This document shows positions 1-10,650 of a DNA stretch of 64,000 bases, piece after piece. Below the pieces are notes generated by a model that was given only the letters and a program-made list of their open reading frames with translations, ran no database searches and was not told where the DNA came from. The translations under genes and the position numbers were made by a program. Source of the stretch: Candidatus Buchananbacteria bacterium (GTDB taxonomy: Bacteria > Patescibacteriota > Patescibacteriia > CAIXNZ01). Each line of letters opens with the position of its first letter. Position 1 is the stretch's first letter. The DNA lies in contig WJKP01000014.1 of the NCBI GenBank assembly GCA_014729025.1, positions 543 to 64,542 on the forward strand, in the 5' to 3' direction.

Positions 1-986
1 AACCCCATACCCGCCAGCTTCTCTGACAATAAATGAAACCTGAGCCTGATCATCAACAATTACCGAATTAAAATTTTCTATTTCATCTTCTTCTAAAACA
101 TATGCATTGTCTTTCAAAATATCAGGCTCCCAAACATAAGGTAAATTATAAAAAGTTAATTCCACAGGTACCTGAAAATAACTCATTAATTCCGGGGCTA
201 CCCAAAAATATAAATAATTAAAAGTCATGTAATCGGCGATATTAGCAATAAAATGAACGGCTTCCTCATTGGATAAATCAATCGGTTCTTTAAAAACAAC
301 CTTAACCTTGCCCAAAAGGTCAAGTGTGAAATCTTGCACATTACCGGCATCCTCAATTTCTGACAATTTAGTTGTTTTGGCGCCTTCCTGATAAAATAAT
401 TCATTAATCATAACCTGGCTAATCTCTTCTGCTTTAACCTGTCCTTCATTGATTACGCTTTCTGGAATTAAAACTTCATCAGATTCTTCTTCCAATTGAA
501 TAAAATAATCATTGGCATTAAACGCCAACTCTCTTTGCGGATATTTAGAACTAAAAACATTAATAAAATTTATACCAGTCTGGCCTTGCTGATCAGGATT
601 TATCACATTAGTTAAAGTAAAAACAATATAACTTCCGGCCTTAACATTGACCGGACTGTCAAAATAATAACGGATATCATCACAATTAGAAACGCAATTA
701 GGATTAGTCTTGCCGACTTTAGCTGTTCCTTTTGGCAAACCAGAGACATTTAGTTGCGCTTGGCTTAAATCAGGCTGCATACCGGCCAAAGAAACCAAAA
801 TATGACCGACTTGGCTGTCTTGCGGAATATTAAAAGCAATACTCCAGGTGGCCGGACTTTTAATATTTCTTGGCTGAACATCCAAACTAACATTATTCAA
901 ACTTGTTACTGCGGCAGCTTGGTTTAAGGGCGATAAAATAAAACCGAAAATAAATATAATTAAATAAATTTTAAATATTTTTTTCA
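1..986 (-). CDS. Hypothetical secreted protein (N-terminal signal peptide), C-terminally truncated by window edge
   Basis: Minus-strand ATG at 984-986 gives MKKIFKIYLIIFIFGFILSPLNQAAA..., open to position 1; not in ORF track because no stop lies inside the window. Confidence 0.5.
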
Positions 987-997
987 TATGTATTAAA

Positions 998-3403
998 TTA
1001 TTTTCTTATTTGCCCCCCTAATTTTTTTTCTAAATTTTTAATTACTTTATCATGAATGACCTGGACTTCTTGCATGGTTAAAGTTTTATTATCAGAACGA
1101 TATTCAATTCTAAAAGCAATTGATTTTTTACCTGTTGGAATGCCTTTACCCTCATAAACATCAAAAAAAGTCACCTGGCGGATAAGCTCATTATCGGTTT
1201 GTTTAACTATGTCCTGGACTTCTTCCCATAAAATATTCTTATCAATAATCATTGAAATGTCCAAATCAATACTTGGAAATTTAGGAATTTGTTTATACTT
1301 AATTTCATCCGAATAAAACTTGGCTAATTTTGTTAAATTAATTTCAAAAAAAGCCAATTTACTATCAAGATCCAATTTTTCGTATAAATTATCAGCCAAT
1401 TCTGAGATATAACCAAGCTCCTGATCATTAATCATAATTTTGATCGCGCTGGATTTTTTAGCAAAAATAGGCAATTGGTTATTTTTTATTAATTTATAAT
1501 CAAAATGCAGTCTGTTTAATAAAGCTGCCACTATATTTTTAGCAATATAAAATGGTTGATCATTATTTTTTTCTTGTAAAACACCGCCTAGCCATTTATC
1601 TTGCAAAGGTAAATATTTTTCTTGTTTATCAGATACTTTAAACGCTTTTATTTCTTTTAAATAAGTTGAACCAATTTCAAACAAGCTAATATCATCATAA
1701 AAACGATTATTCAAAACCATATTATCCAACAAATTAGGCACCAAATCACGTCTAAGCAATTCTGTTTCTTTGGATAAAGGATTGCTTACTTTAATATACT
1801 GGTTAATTTTTAAACCCAATTTACTAATTTGAGCCACGCTATTAAAAGAATAATTATAAACTTCTGTCATATCAAAACCATAAGCTAAAATATTTTTTAT
1901 TTTACGTTCCAATTCACTTTCCTTATTAACTTCGGGTCGTTCCATTGCTGCCTGTGGCATTTTAACTTCTAAATTATCATAACCGTAAATCCTGGCTATT
2001 TCTTCGACCAAATCTTCGGGAATTGCCACATCCTTAGTAGCCCGCCAAGTCGGTACCGTAACTTCAATACCATTTTTTTTCTTTTTTACTGTAAACCCCA
2101 AACTGCTTAAAATATCAATAACTTTTTTAGGCTCAATCTCTTGACCGATTTTTTTATTAATAAAATCAAAACTTAATTCAATTGGACCTTGAGCTAATTT
2201 GAATTTTTTAACATCTTCAATTCGCGAGACCAATTTAGCCTGAGGACAAACCTGTAAAATTAATTCCATTGCCTTTTTAATCCCCAATTCGCTTATATTT
2301 GGATCTAAAGATTTTTCAAATCTGATTGAAGCTTCCGTTCTTAAACCTAATTTGGCCGAAGTTTTACGAATCGAAACATGATTAAAATTAGCTGATTCAA
2401 TAATAATTTTTTGAGTCTTATTATCTATTTCTGTATTGGCACCACCCATGACACCGGCAATAGCCACTGGTTGTTTGGCATCAGCAATTACCATCATTTC
2501 TTGATCAAGTTTTCGGGTTTCATCATCCAAAGTCTTAATTTTTTCACCAGGCTCGGCTGTTCTGACTATAATTCTCTGGCCTGCCAATCTATCATAATCA
2601 AAAGCATGTAAAGGCTGACCGATTTCCAGCATTACATAATTGGTAATATCAACAATATTATTAATTGAGCGCATACCAACTGCTTCAACTCGCCTTTTTA
2701 GCCAATCAGGTGATTCTTCAATTTGAATACCTTCAAGCACTACTCCCATATAACGCGGACAAAGCTGAAAATCATTAATTTTAATCTCTAACTTTTCCCT
2801 GCCATCTTTAAAATTTTTAACTTTATAATCAGTCAATTTTTCACCCAAAATCGCTGCTACTTCCCTAGCCACGCCATAATGCGACCATAAATCAGGCCGA
2901 TGAGTTAAACTTTTATTATCAATTTCATAAATAATATCTGATAAATCCAAAGCTTTGGCCAAGGAAGTGCCGGGCACTAATTTTTTATCCAAAATCAAAA
3001 TGCCGGAATGATCAGAGCCTAAGCCCAATTCATCTTCAGCACAAAGCATACCTTCAGAAACTTCGCCTCTTACTTTAGCTTTGGTAATTTTTAAACCATT
3101 AGCCAAGGTAGTACCGACCAAGGCTACTGGAACTTTCTGCCCTTTGGCTATATTGGGAGCGCCGCAAACAATATTTAATTTTTTATCATCAATATCAACT
3201 ACTGTTAATTTTAATTTATCAGCATTGGGATGTTTTTTTATTTCCAAAATTTCTCCAACCACAACTCCCTGCAAACTTTCTTTTTGATCAATAAAACCCT
3301 CGACTTCAGCCATTGCCATGGTCAATTTCAAGCCTAACTCTTGAGCGCTTAAAGCGTCTGGTATTTTTACAAAATCTTTTAACCAATTGCGGGATATATA
3401 CAT
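998..3403 (-). CDS. pheT: Phenylalanine--tRNA ligase beta subunit
   Basis: 801 aa; N-terminal tRNA-binding region, B3/4 and B5 regions, C-terminal FDX-ACB-like end; directly downstream of pheS. Confidence 0.93.
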   Translation of the reverse strand: MYISRNWLKDFVKIPDALSAQELGLKLTMAMAEVEGFIDQKESLQGVVVGEILEIKKHPNADKLKLTVVDIDDKKLNIVCGAPNIAKGQKVPVALVGTTLANGLKITKAKVRGEVSEGMLCAEDELGLGSDHSGILILDKKLVPGTSLAKALDLSDIIYEIDNKSLTHRPDLWSHYGVAREVAAILGEKLTDYKVKNFKDGREKLEIKINDFQLCPRYMGVVLEGIQIEESPDWLKRRVEAVGMRSINNIVDITNYVMLEIGQPLHAFDYDRLAGQRIIVRTAEPGEKIKTLDDETRKLDQEMMVIADAKQPVAIAGVMGGANTEIDNKTQKIIIESANFNHVSIRKTSAKLGLRTEASIRFEKSLDPNISELGIKKAMELILQVCPQAKLVSRIEDVKKFKLAQGPIELSFDFINKKIGQEIEPKKVIDILSSLGFTVKKKKNGIEVTVPTWRATKDVAIPEDLVEEIARIYGYDNLEVKMPQAAMERPEVNKESELERKIKNILAYGFDMTEVYNYSFNSVAQISKLGLKINQYIKVSNPLSKETELLRRDLVPNLLDNMVLNNRFYDDISLFEIGSTYLKEIKAFKVSDKQEKYLPLQDKWLGGVLQEKNNDQPFYIAKNIVAALLNRLHFDYKLIKNNQLPIFAKKSSAIKIMINDQELGYISELADNLYEKLDLDSKLAFFEINLTKLAKFYSDEIKYKQIPKFPSIDLDISMIIDKNILWEEVQDIVKQTDNELIRQVTFFDVYEGKGIPTGKKSIAFRIEYRSDNKTLTMQEVQVIHDKVIKNLEKKLGGQIRK

Positions 3404-3433
3404 AATTGTTTATCTTAATCTCTGCATTATTAA

Positions 3434-4186
3434 TTAAATTTCACAAGGCACATCAACAAACTCCACATCTACTCCAAATTTATCTGCTAAAACTTTTCCT
3501 AGATTCTGTACACCCAATTTTTCAGTATTATAATGCCCTGCGTTTATAAAATTAATACCTATTTCTTCTACTGCGCGAACAACTGACTCGCGCACATCAC
3601 CTGTTAAAAAAGTATCACAACCGGCTTGAGCAAAAGCTTTAAAATCTGGAGAGGCACCACCGGAAATAACACCGATTTTTTTTACTTTATCAGGTCCGGC
3701 AGCAATAGAATATGAATCAGTCTGCAGCTTTTCATTAACCAATTTAACAAAATCAGTCAAATTCATTTCGGTTTTTAATTCTCCGATAAAACCAATATCA
3801 AGCGGTTCTGTTTTTTGAGTAATACCCAAAATTTTACAAAGACTAATATTATTACCGATTTCCGGATGAGCATCCAAAGGCAAATGAAAGCCCATTAAAT
3901 TCAATTCATTTTCCAATAATAATTTTAATCTATTTTTATACAAACCGGTTATTTGTAGGCTGCTTCCCCAAGTACCAGAAAAAAGCCCATGATGAACAAT
4001 CAGCATATCAGCTTTTTTAGCAATCGCCTGTTTGATTAATTTTTGTGATAAACTGACTCCAGTTATAATCTTGTTTATTTCTAACTTGCCTTCAACTTGC
4101 AAACCATTATGACATTTATCTTCAAACTCATTCACCCTCAAATATTCCTCACAAAATTTTACAATTTTATTTCTCTCAACAGTCAT
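3434..4186 (-). CDS. Nif3-family dinuclear metal center protein (YqfO/YbgI-like)
   Basis: 250 aa; NGLQVEG...ADMLIVHHGLF motif typical of the NIF3 family. Confidence 0.8.
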   Translation of the reverse strand: MTVERNKIVKFCEEYLRVNEFEDKCHNGLQVEGKLEINKIITGVSLSQKLIKQAIAKKADMLIVHHGLFSGTWGSSLQITGLYKNRLKLLLENELNLMGFHLPLDAHPEIGNNISLCKILGITQKTEPLDIGFIGELKTEMNLTDFVKLVNEKLQTDSYSIAAGPDKVKKIGVISGGASPDFKAFAQAGCDTFLTGDVRESVVRAVEEIGINFINAGHYNTEKLGVQNLGKVLADKFGVDVEFVDVPCEI

Positions 4187-4187
4187 A

Positions 4188-5228
4188 TTAAAATTGATTT
4201 AAAAATCTCAAATCCCCTGATTGTAATAATCTAATATCATCAATGCTATATTTCATCATTACCAGCCTGGTAGTGCCCAAACCAAACGCGAAACCAGACC
4301 ATTTATCAGGATCAATCCCACCGTATTTTAAAACATTAGGATGCACCATACCAGAACCAACAAATTCAATCCAGCCTGTTTGTTTGCAAACCGAACAACC
4401 ATTACCCTGACAAATCAAGCAGCCAAAATCCAATTCAAAACCAGGCTCAACAAAAGGAAAATAACCCGGTCTTAAACGAACCTTAACTTCTTGTTTAAAA
4501 ATCGCTGATAACATTTCTTTCATAACTGCCACCAAATTGGCAATGGAAATATCTTTATCAATCATTAAACCTTCCAATTGATAAAAAGTATGATCATGAG
4601 AAGCATCAGTTGCTTCATTACGAAAAACCCGGCCTGGCACAACACAACGCAAAGGCGCTCCGTATTTTTGCATAGCCCTTACCTGAACCGGTGAAGTATG
4701 CGTACGTAAAACTAATTTTTCTTTACCTGAATTTGGTAATTCTTCTACATAAAAAGTATCCTGAGCATCACGCGCCGGATGCCAAGACGGAATATTCAGA
4801 GCTTCAAAATTATAATAATCAGATTCCAATTCTGGTCCGTCCAAAATCATAAAACCCATTGACTTGAAAATATCTTCCAGTTCAGTCTGAATTTGAGTCA
4901 TGGGATGTAAATGGCCTAATTTATATTTATCAATATTCAAAGTTACATCAATAAAATCTTTGTCCAAATTTTTACTTTGATCTTTTTCCAATTCAGCCCA
5001 TTTTTGATCCAAAGCCGAACCGATTTCTTCTTTAACTTGATTGACTAAAGTACCAAATTTGGGCTTCAAATCATCTGAAACTTCTTTAACATCTTTAATT
5101 AATTTTGCTAATTCCCCGCTTTTTCGGGAAAAATATTTATTACGAATCTCTTGCCATTCCTCTGAGCTTTTTATTTCTTCAATTTCCTCAAAAGCTTGCT
5201 CTTTTATTTTTTTTATATTTAACTCCAT
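4188..5228 (-). CDS. pheS: Phenylalanine--tRNA ligase alpha subunit
   Basis: 346 aa; class II aaRS motifs (FRNEATDASHDHTFYQLEGL, GSGMVHPNVL). Confidence 0.93.
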   Translation of the reverse strand: MELNIKKIKEQAFEEIEEIKSSEEWQEIRNKYFSRKSGELAKLIKDVKEVSDDLKPKFGTLVNQVKEEIGSALDQKWAELEKDQSKNLDKDFIDVTLNIDKYKLGHLHPMTQIQTELEDIFKSMGFMILDGPELESDYYNFEALNIPSWHPARDAQDTFYVEELPNSGKEKLVLRTHTSPVQVRAMQKYGAPLRCVVPGRVFRNEATDASHDHTFYQLEGLMIDKDISIANLVAVMKEMLSAIFKQEVKVRLRPGYFPFVEPGFELDFGCLICQGNGCSVCKQTGWIEFVGSGMVHPNVLKYGGIDPDKWSGFAFGLGTTRLVMMKYSIDDIRLLQSGDLRFLNQF

Positions 5229-5242
5229 ATATCCTTAATTGC

Positions 5243-5285
5243 GTCCGCCGAAGCTTTATGCAAAGGCGGACTCTTTTATTTTTTT
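5243..5285. terminator. Hairpin GTCCGCC-loop-GGCGGAC with T-run on the plus strand; on the minus strand it sits 13 nt upstream of the pheS ATG
   Basis: 7-bp GC stem, 15-nt loop containing TTTATGCA, then TCTTTTATTTTTTT; a related hairpin is at 55358..55384. Confidence 0.4.
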
Positions 5286-5333
5286 AATATCTACTTCCAT
5301 ACGAATTTATGAATATTTACAAATATGCTAATA

Positions 5334-6443
5334 CTATTGAAAAAAACCGCCAAAAATTCCAGCAAAATCAACGTAACGCAAAACGTCCTGAAAAGTTACC
5401 ACAATTACCAATAACATTAAAAGTGAAAAACCAATCATGTGGATCAAACCTTCAACTTTTTGACTGACTGGTTTATTACGAATTTTTTCAATTGCCAAAA
5501 ATACCAAACGACCACCGTCCAAAGCCGGAAAAGGTATAAAATTGATTATAGCTAAATTTAGAGATAATAAGGCAGTAAATTGCAATATATAAATAAAACC
5601 TAATTGGGCCACCTGACCTGTTAAAACTGCTATACCAACCGGACCAGAAACCTGGACGCCGACTGGCTGGCCAATCACTAAATTTTTAATTATACCGCCA
5701 AAAGCAAAAACGATTTCTTTGGTTAAAACTCCGGTTAATTTAAAACCATGCCAAACTGCTTGATGAATAGGATAAGACACTATGCCAGTCTCAACTAAAC
5801 CAATGCCAACGCCACCTCGGCCATTACCAATATCAACTACTTCTATTTCTTTAGTTAAAACCTGATCATCTCTGGCAATTTTATAAGTAACTGTTTGCCC
5901 GATTTTATCAGAATTATATTCAATTAAATTACTAACACCCTTGATTTCCTGTCCGTCAACTGCCAAAAGCTGATCTCCCAAGTCAACCCCGGCTTCTTGA
6001 GCTGGTTTATCATCTAAGACAGAAACAACTTGCACCCGATAATCTTTAACTAATCCTTGTTCCAACGCTTCTTGATCTACAGCCTGTGGCAAACCAATCA
6101 AAAAACCAATTGACAATAAAACAGCACATAATAAAAAATTCATAAAAACACCGGCTGATAAAACAATCGCCCTTTTCCACGGCTTTTTATAGGCAAAACT
6201 ATCTGGATCTTCTCTATTACCGCCTTCTTCACCTTTAATTTTGACAAAACCGCCCAAAGGTATCCAATTAACTGAATAAACAACTCCATCCTTGCCTTTT
6301 TTAGACCAGGCTCGAGGCGGAAAACCAAAGCCAAATTCCTCAACTTTCATGCCCATTTTTTTAGCAGTAATAAAATGGCCAAATTCATGAACAAAAACTA
6401 ATAAGCCCAGTATAATTATAAAAATCAATACAGTTGTAAGCAT
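5334..6443 (-). CDS. rseP: RIP zinc metalloprotease RseP (site-2 protease)
   Basis: 369 aa; HEFGHF zinc motif in TM1, PDZ domain, C-terminal NFIPFPALDGGR motif. Confidence 0.85.
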   Translation of the reverse strand: MLTTVLIFIIILGLLVFVHEFGHFITAKKMGMKVEEFGFGFPPRAWSKKGKDGVVYSVNWIPLGGFVKIKGEEGGNREDPDSFAYKKPWKRAIVLSAGVFMNFLLCAVLLSIGFLIGLPQAVDQEALEQGLVKDYRVQVVSVLDDKPAQEAGVDLGDQLLAVDGQEIKGVSNLIEYNSDKIGQTVTYKIARDDQVLTKEIEVVDIGNGRGGVGIGLVETGIVSYPIHQAVWHGFKLTGVLTKEIVFAFGGIIKNLVIGQPVGVQVSGPVGIAVLTGQVAQLGFIYILQFTALLSLNLAIINFIPFPALDGGRLVFLAIEKIRNKPVSQKVEGLIHMIGFSLLMLLVIVVTFQDVLRYVDFAGIFGGFFQ

Positions 6444-6568
6444 GTATTTTTTAAATTAGATTATTAAAAATTATAAATTAAATATTATACTTAATTCCCA
6501 ATTTTCAATACCTAATTAATAAATTAATTTTAACTTAAATAAACACAAAAATCAAATCTTTAATTTTC

Positions 6569-7375
6569 TTATCTTAATTCTACTTTTTCAAACTTAATAT
6601 CTTTACCAAACCAAGTTTGGCCTAATTTTTGATAATGTTCTGACCAATCAGTTACAAAAAATTTATAATTTATTTTTTTATCTAATTTTTCTTCAATTTC
6701 CGGATGTCTAACCAAATAATCGGCCAATGATTCTGCCACGATTTGACCTGAATGTAAAACTTTAATTCTTTTCCCAACAATCGATTGAATCGGCTTATAT
6801 AAAATCGGATAATGAGTACAGCCTAAAATCAAAGTATCAATCTTAGAGAGTTTTAAAGGCCTTAAATATTTACGTAAAATTTTTCTGTTTATAGCAGATT
6901 TTTGCCAGCCTTCTTCAACTAATGGTACAAGCAAAGGGGTTGCCTGCTGGATAACTTCAATTTCTGATTTTAATTTGGCAATTTCTTTAATATAAGCCTG
7001 GGAATTAATTGTTGCTTTAGTACCGATTACGCCAATTTTACCACCAGAAACTTCTACGGCTTTTTCAACAACCGGACGGATCACTCCCAATACTCTGCGA
7101 TCCGGATAATTTTTAGGTAGCCATTGTTGCTGAATTTTTCGCAAAGCTTCAGCTGAAGCAGTATTACAAGCAATAATAATTAATTGACAATCTTTTTTAA
7201 ATAAAAAATCAACCGCCTGTCTGGTAAAATCATAAATCACTTCCTGTGAACGATTGCCATAAGGTGTTCTGGCATTATCACCCAAATAAACATAATCATA
7301 TTGAGGCAGTTGCTTGATAATTTCTTGTAAAATTATTAAACCACCTAAACCTGAATCAAAAATACCTATTTTCAT
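6569..7375 (-). CDS. murI: Glutamate racemase
   Basis: 268 aa; MKIGIFDSGLGG start and IIACNTAS and GCTHYP catalytic Cys motifs. Confidence 0.88.
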   Translation of the reverse strand: MKIGIFDSGLGGLIILQEIIKQLPQYDYVYLGDNARTPYGNRSQEVIYDFTRQAVDFLFKKDCQLIIIACNTASAEALRKIQQQWLPKNYPDRRVLGVIRPVVEKAVEVSGGKIGVIGTKATINSQAYIKEIAKLKSEIEVIQQATPLLVPLVEEGWQKSAINRKILRKYLRPLKLSKIDTLILGCTHYPILYKPIQSIVGKRIKVLHSGQIVAESLADYLVRHPEIEEKLDKKINYKFFVTDWSEHYQKLGQTWFGKDIKFEKVELR

Positions 7376-7381
7376 TTTTAT

Positions 7382-8725
7382 TTATTTAATTAATTGCAAA
7401 ATTTCTTTAGTTTTTTGATCAACCAATTTTTGTGTTTTGGCTTCAAGATTTAAACGGATAACCGGTTCAGTATTTGATTTGCGTAAATTAAAACGCCAAT
7501 CATCATATTCAACGGAAACACCGTCAATATGATCGACTTTCCCGTCTTGATATTCTTTTTCAATTTTTTGCAAAACAGCATCTTTATCTTTGACTTGTTT
7601 ATTGATTTCACCTGAATTAGGATAATTTTTACGATAATAATCAGCTATCTGGGAAATTTTTTTATCTGACAAACATAATATTTCTAAAATCAATAAAAAA
7701 GGGATCATACCATTGTCAGCATAAAAATTATCTTTAAAATAATAATGACCGGATGTTTCTCCTCCAAATAAAATATCTTCTTTTCTCATCGTATCTTTAA
7801 TAAAAGCATGGCCCGGTTTATTAATAATCAATTGCCCGCCTAATTCATTGACCACATCTTCAATTGCCCAAACCAATCTGACATCACATAAAACTTTTTG
7901 CTTGGGCTGTTTGCCTAAATAATGCTTAGCCAAAATAGCTGTAATATAATAAGCGTCAATATGCTCTCCTTTTTCATCAAAGAAAAAACAACGATCAGCA
8001 TCAGCATCCCAAGCCACTCCAAAATCAACTTGTTCTTTTTTTACCAAACTTCCCACTTCTTTTCTTCGTTCAAAAATTTTGGGATCAGGTCTGCCTTTAG
8101 GAAACCCCCCGTCAGGCTGAAAATTCAATTCAACTATTTCGATTGGCAGACCTTCTAAGATTTTTTTCAAAACAATTCCAGCCATACCAAAATTCGCATC
8201 AGCCACAATTTTCATTGGTTTGATTTGTGTAATATCAATAAAAGCAAGACAATGATTAATATAATCGTTTAAAATATCTTTTTTTATAATTTGACCTTTA
8301 GTCGGCTCTATTATTTCTTCTTCCTTTAAGGCTTGTTTTTTTATATCCATAATACCAGTATCAGCTGAAACGGCTATGGCTTTTTCTCTGACAAATTTCA
8401 TACCATTATATTCAGCTGGATTATGAGAAGCTGAAATTGTAATGCCACCGCCATAACCATAATTAGCTACTGTAAAATACAACATATCAGTTGAAACCGT
8501 GCCAATATCAATAACATCGTACCCGGCATTGGTAATCCCCTTGGCAGCCGCCTGCCATAAACCGGGGGAAGAAAGACGAACATCTTTACCCAAAACAATC
8601 GCCCCGTCAGGCTGAAAAATTTTCAAATAAGCCTGAGCAATTTTATAAGCCGCTTTTTCATTTATTTGTTCTGGATAAAGACCTCTGACATCATAAGCCT
8701 TAAAAATTTCCTGATTAATTGTCAT
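7382..8725 (-). CDS. Phosphomannomutase/phosphoglucomutase (alpha-D-phosphohexomutase family)
   Basis: 447 aa; active-site TISASHNPAEYNGMKF and GDADADR metal-binding loop. Confidence 0.8.
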   Translation of the reverse strand: MTINQEIFKAYDVRGLYPEQINEKAAYKIAQAYLKIFQPDGAIVLGKDVRLSSPGLWQAAAKGITNAGYDVIDIGTVSTDMLYFTVANYGYGGGITISASHNPAEYNGMKFVREKAIAVSADTGIMDIKKQALKEEEIIEPTKGQIIKKDILNDYINHCLAFIDITQIKPMKIVADANFGMAGIVLKKILEGLPIEIVELNFQPDGGFPKGRPDPKIFERRKEVGSLVKKEQVDFGVAWDADADRCFFFDEKGEHIDAYYITAILAKHYLGKQPKQKVLCDVRLVWAIEDVVNELGGQLIINKPGHAFIKDTMRKEDILFGGETSGHYYFKDNFYADNGMIPFLLILEILCLSDKKISQIADYYRKNYPNSGEINKQVKDKDAVLQKIEKEYQDGKVDHIDGVSVEYDDWRFNLRKSNTEPVIRLNLEAKTQKLVDQKTKEILQLIK

Positions 8726-8729
8726 AAAT

Positions 8730-9908
8730 TTATTTTTTGTCTAATTTAAATTGTTTTTTAGCTAAAGTAAGCAAAATACCAACACCCCACAAACAAATGA
8801 TCAGCTTAATCAACATGCCTAAAAACGGAATTGCAAATAAAATATACAAGATAACCAAACCTAAAATCATTGACCAGGCTAATTGAATTTCCTTAACTTG
8901 TTTATTAAATAATTTAATAACCTTATTACCCAAATAAACAGCAATAAAAATTTTACTTATGTATAAAATAATCAGATAAATGGCGGTTGCAATCAAAGCC
9001 AGAGGGATGCCAATTATTGTCATGGCTAAAATAAATATAGCAAAAGGAGTTACGATCAAAAATACTAAGCCTTTCAAAATATGCATTAAAACATTTTTTT
9101 CAGATGATTTAACCGCTTTTAAAGTAAAATCTTTAAATAAAGCAATAATTAATAAACCAACTAACAAAGTGCCCAAAAGCATAACAAACCAAACCAGCCA
9201 ATAAATGCTCTTCAAAATATTTTTAGAAAAAAATTTGGTTTGGTCTTTTACCATTAATTGGCTAAATTTTTCCTGTTGCTGAACCTGAGCACCAGGCTGC
9301 AGTTCTGCAGTCTCCCTAGCGGTATATTCCAAATTACCATAAATATTAGCCTGAGGTAATAAAAGCAAAGTGCCTTCAGGATCAATGCCCAAATAAACAT
9401 TGCCTGAAATTTCATTATTTAAAATAATATTACCACCGCCACCATATAAATTTTTATTTACTTTACCGTTTAACCTGACATTACCAGCTCCAAAAACAAT
9501 ATTTTTACCAATCTCAGCACTTTCTTCAATAGTCAAATCTGCAGCAAAAACCGTTAAATTATTATCAATTTTACCTTTAATTACAACCGTGGCCCCAGCC
9601 ACCCGAACATCACCTTTGACCTCTGCATCTATAACAACATAAGCGCCAGTTGCCATAATATCACCCTCTACTACACCTGAAACCAAAACATTTGTGCCGG
9701 CCAAATAAACATCGTCCTTCATTTGTCCGCTCAGATTAATATTTTGATCCGCTTGAAAAATAATATTTTCATAAACTGGTTCATCTATTTCTATTGAATC
9801 TAAATCATTTTCTTCAGCAGCTACCAAACTATTAAAAGGTAAAAACAAAAAAAACATTAATAAAAATGAGTAATTAATTTTTTTTACTAAATTTAAAGAA
9901 ATTTTCAT
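8730..9908 (-). CDS. Membrane protein with N-terminal polymer-forming (bactofilin-like, DUF583-type) beta-helix domain and C-terminal multi-TM domain
   Basis: 392 aa; signal/TM, repeated G-x-V/I-x-G strands (VSGVVEGDIMATGAYVVIDAEVKGDVRVAGATVVIKGKIDNNL...), then about 5 TM helices. Confidence 0.5.
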   Translation of the reverse strand: MKISLNLVKKINYSFLLMFFLFLPFNSLVAAEENDLDSIEIDEPVYENIIFQADQNINLSGQMKDDVYLAGTNVLVSGVVEGDIMATGAYVVIDAEVKGDVRVAGATVVIKGKIDNNLTVFAADLTIEESAEIGKNIVFGAGNVRLNGKVNKNLYGGGGNIILNNEISGNVYLGIDPEGTLLLLPQANIYGNLEYTARETAELQPGAQVQQQEKFSQLMVKDQTKFFSKNILKSIYWLVWFVMLLGTLLVGLLIIALFKDFTLKAVKSSEKNVLMHILKGLVFLIVTPFAIFILAMTIIGIPLALIATAIYLIILYISKIFIAVYLGNKVIKLFNKQVKEIQLAWSMILGLVILYILFAIPFLGMLIKLIICLWGVGILLTLAKKQFKLDKK

Positions 9909-10065
9909 ATTTTTATTTCCTTTTCTTCCCTCCTAGGCTTAATTTTAATTATTATTAAATACTGTTGATATTTTATTTTGACATTACGAGTTATTTTATA
10001 TTATAATTAAAGCAGTATTACTTATTTTTATTATATAAAATCTAATTAATTTAAGCAAAAAAATT

Positions 10066-10620
10066 ATGACAATTTGGGGCATTATAATTATTTTAATTGT
10101 TATTATTGCTGCTTGGCTGATTGCTGTTTATAATTCTTTGATCAAAAGCCGAAATAGAGTTGAAGAAGCCTGGTCTGATATTGATGTTCAATTAAAAAGA
10201 CGCTATGATTTGATTCCTAATTTAATCGAAACAGTCAAAGGCTATGCTTCTCATGAAAAAGAAACTTTTCAAAAAGTAACGGAAGCCAGAAGTCAAGCCA
10301 TGGGAGCAGAAACAATTGAAGAAAAAACACAAGCTGAAAACATGCTTAGTGAAACATTAAAATCACTTTTTGCCGTGGCTGAAAATTATCCTGATTTAAA
10401 AGCCAGCCAAAACTTTTTAAAACTACAGGACGAATTAACTGATACTGAAAATAAAATTCAGGCCGCTCGCCGATTTTATAACGGCAATGTCAGAGATTTT
10501 AATACCAAAATTCAGATTTTCCCAAATAATCTAATTGCCGGTATGCTTGGTTTTAAAAAATATGACTTTTTTGAAGTTGAGACAGAACAAGAAAAAGAAG
10601 TGCCAAAAGTTAAATTTTAA
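10066..10620 (+). CDS. lemA: LemA family protein
   Basis: 184 aa; N-terminal TM then [32 protein letters not shown] typical of LemA. Confidence 0.8.
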   Translation: MTIWGIIIILIVIIAAWLIAVYNSLIKSRNRVEEAWSDIDVQLKRRYDLIPNLIETVKGYASHEKETFQKVTEARSQAMGAETIEEKTQAENMLSETLKSLFAVAENYPDLKASQNFLKLQDELTDTENKIQAARRFYNGNVRDFNTKIQIFPNNLIAGMLGFKKYDFFEVETEQEKEVPKVKF

Positions 10621-10650
10621 GCTATTTGCTTAATTAAATAATTTTCCGAA

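Noticed and set aside
2411-3287. Short plus-strand ORFs inside pheT (2411..2611, 3081..3287), and similar antisense ORFs inside essentially every long gene (e.g. 5041..5287, 7922..8158, 12810..14681, 14787..15372, 29309..30745, 34238..37876, 52765..53019, 56009..56426)
   Set aside because: They sit antisense within well-supported conserved genes. They have low-complexity translations and lack an SD, so they are treated as spurious.
5243-5285. T-box or attenuator leader upstream of pheS
   Set aside because: The element is only about 45 nt, a single hairpin. It lacks the specifier-loop and T-box consensus, and no leader-peptide ORF with Phe codons is present.
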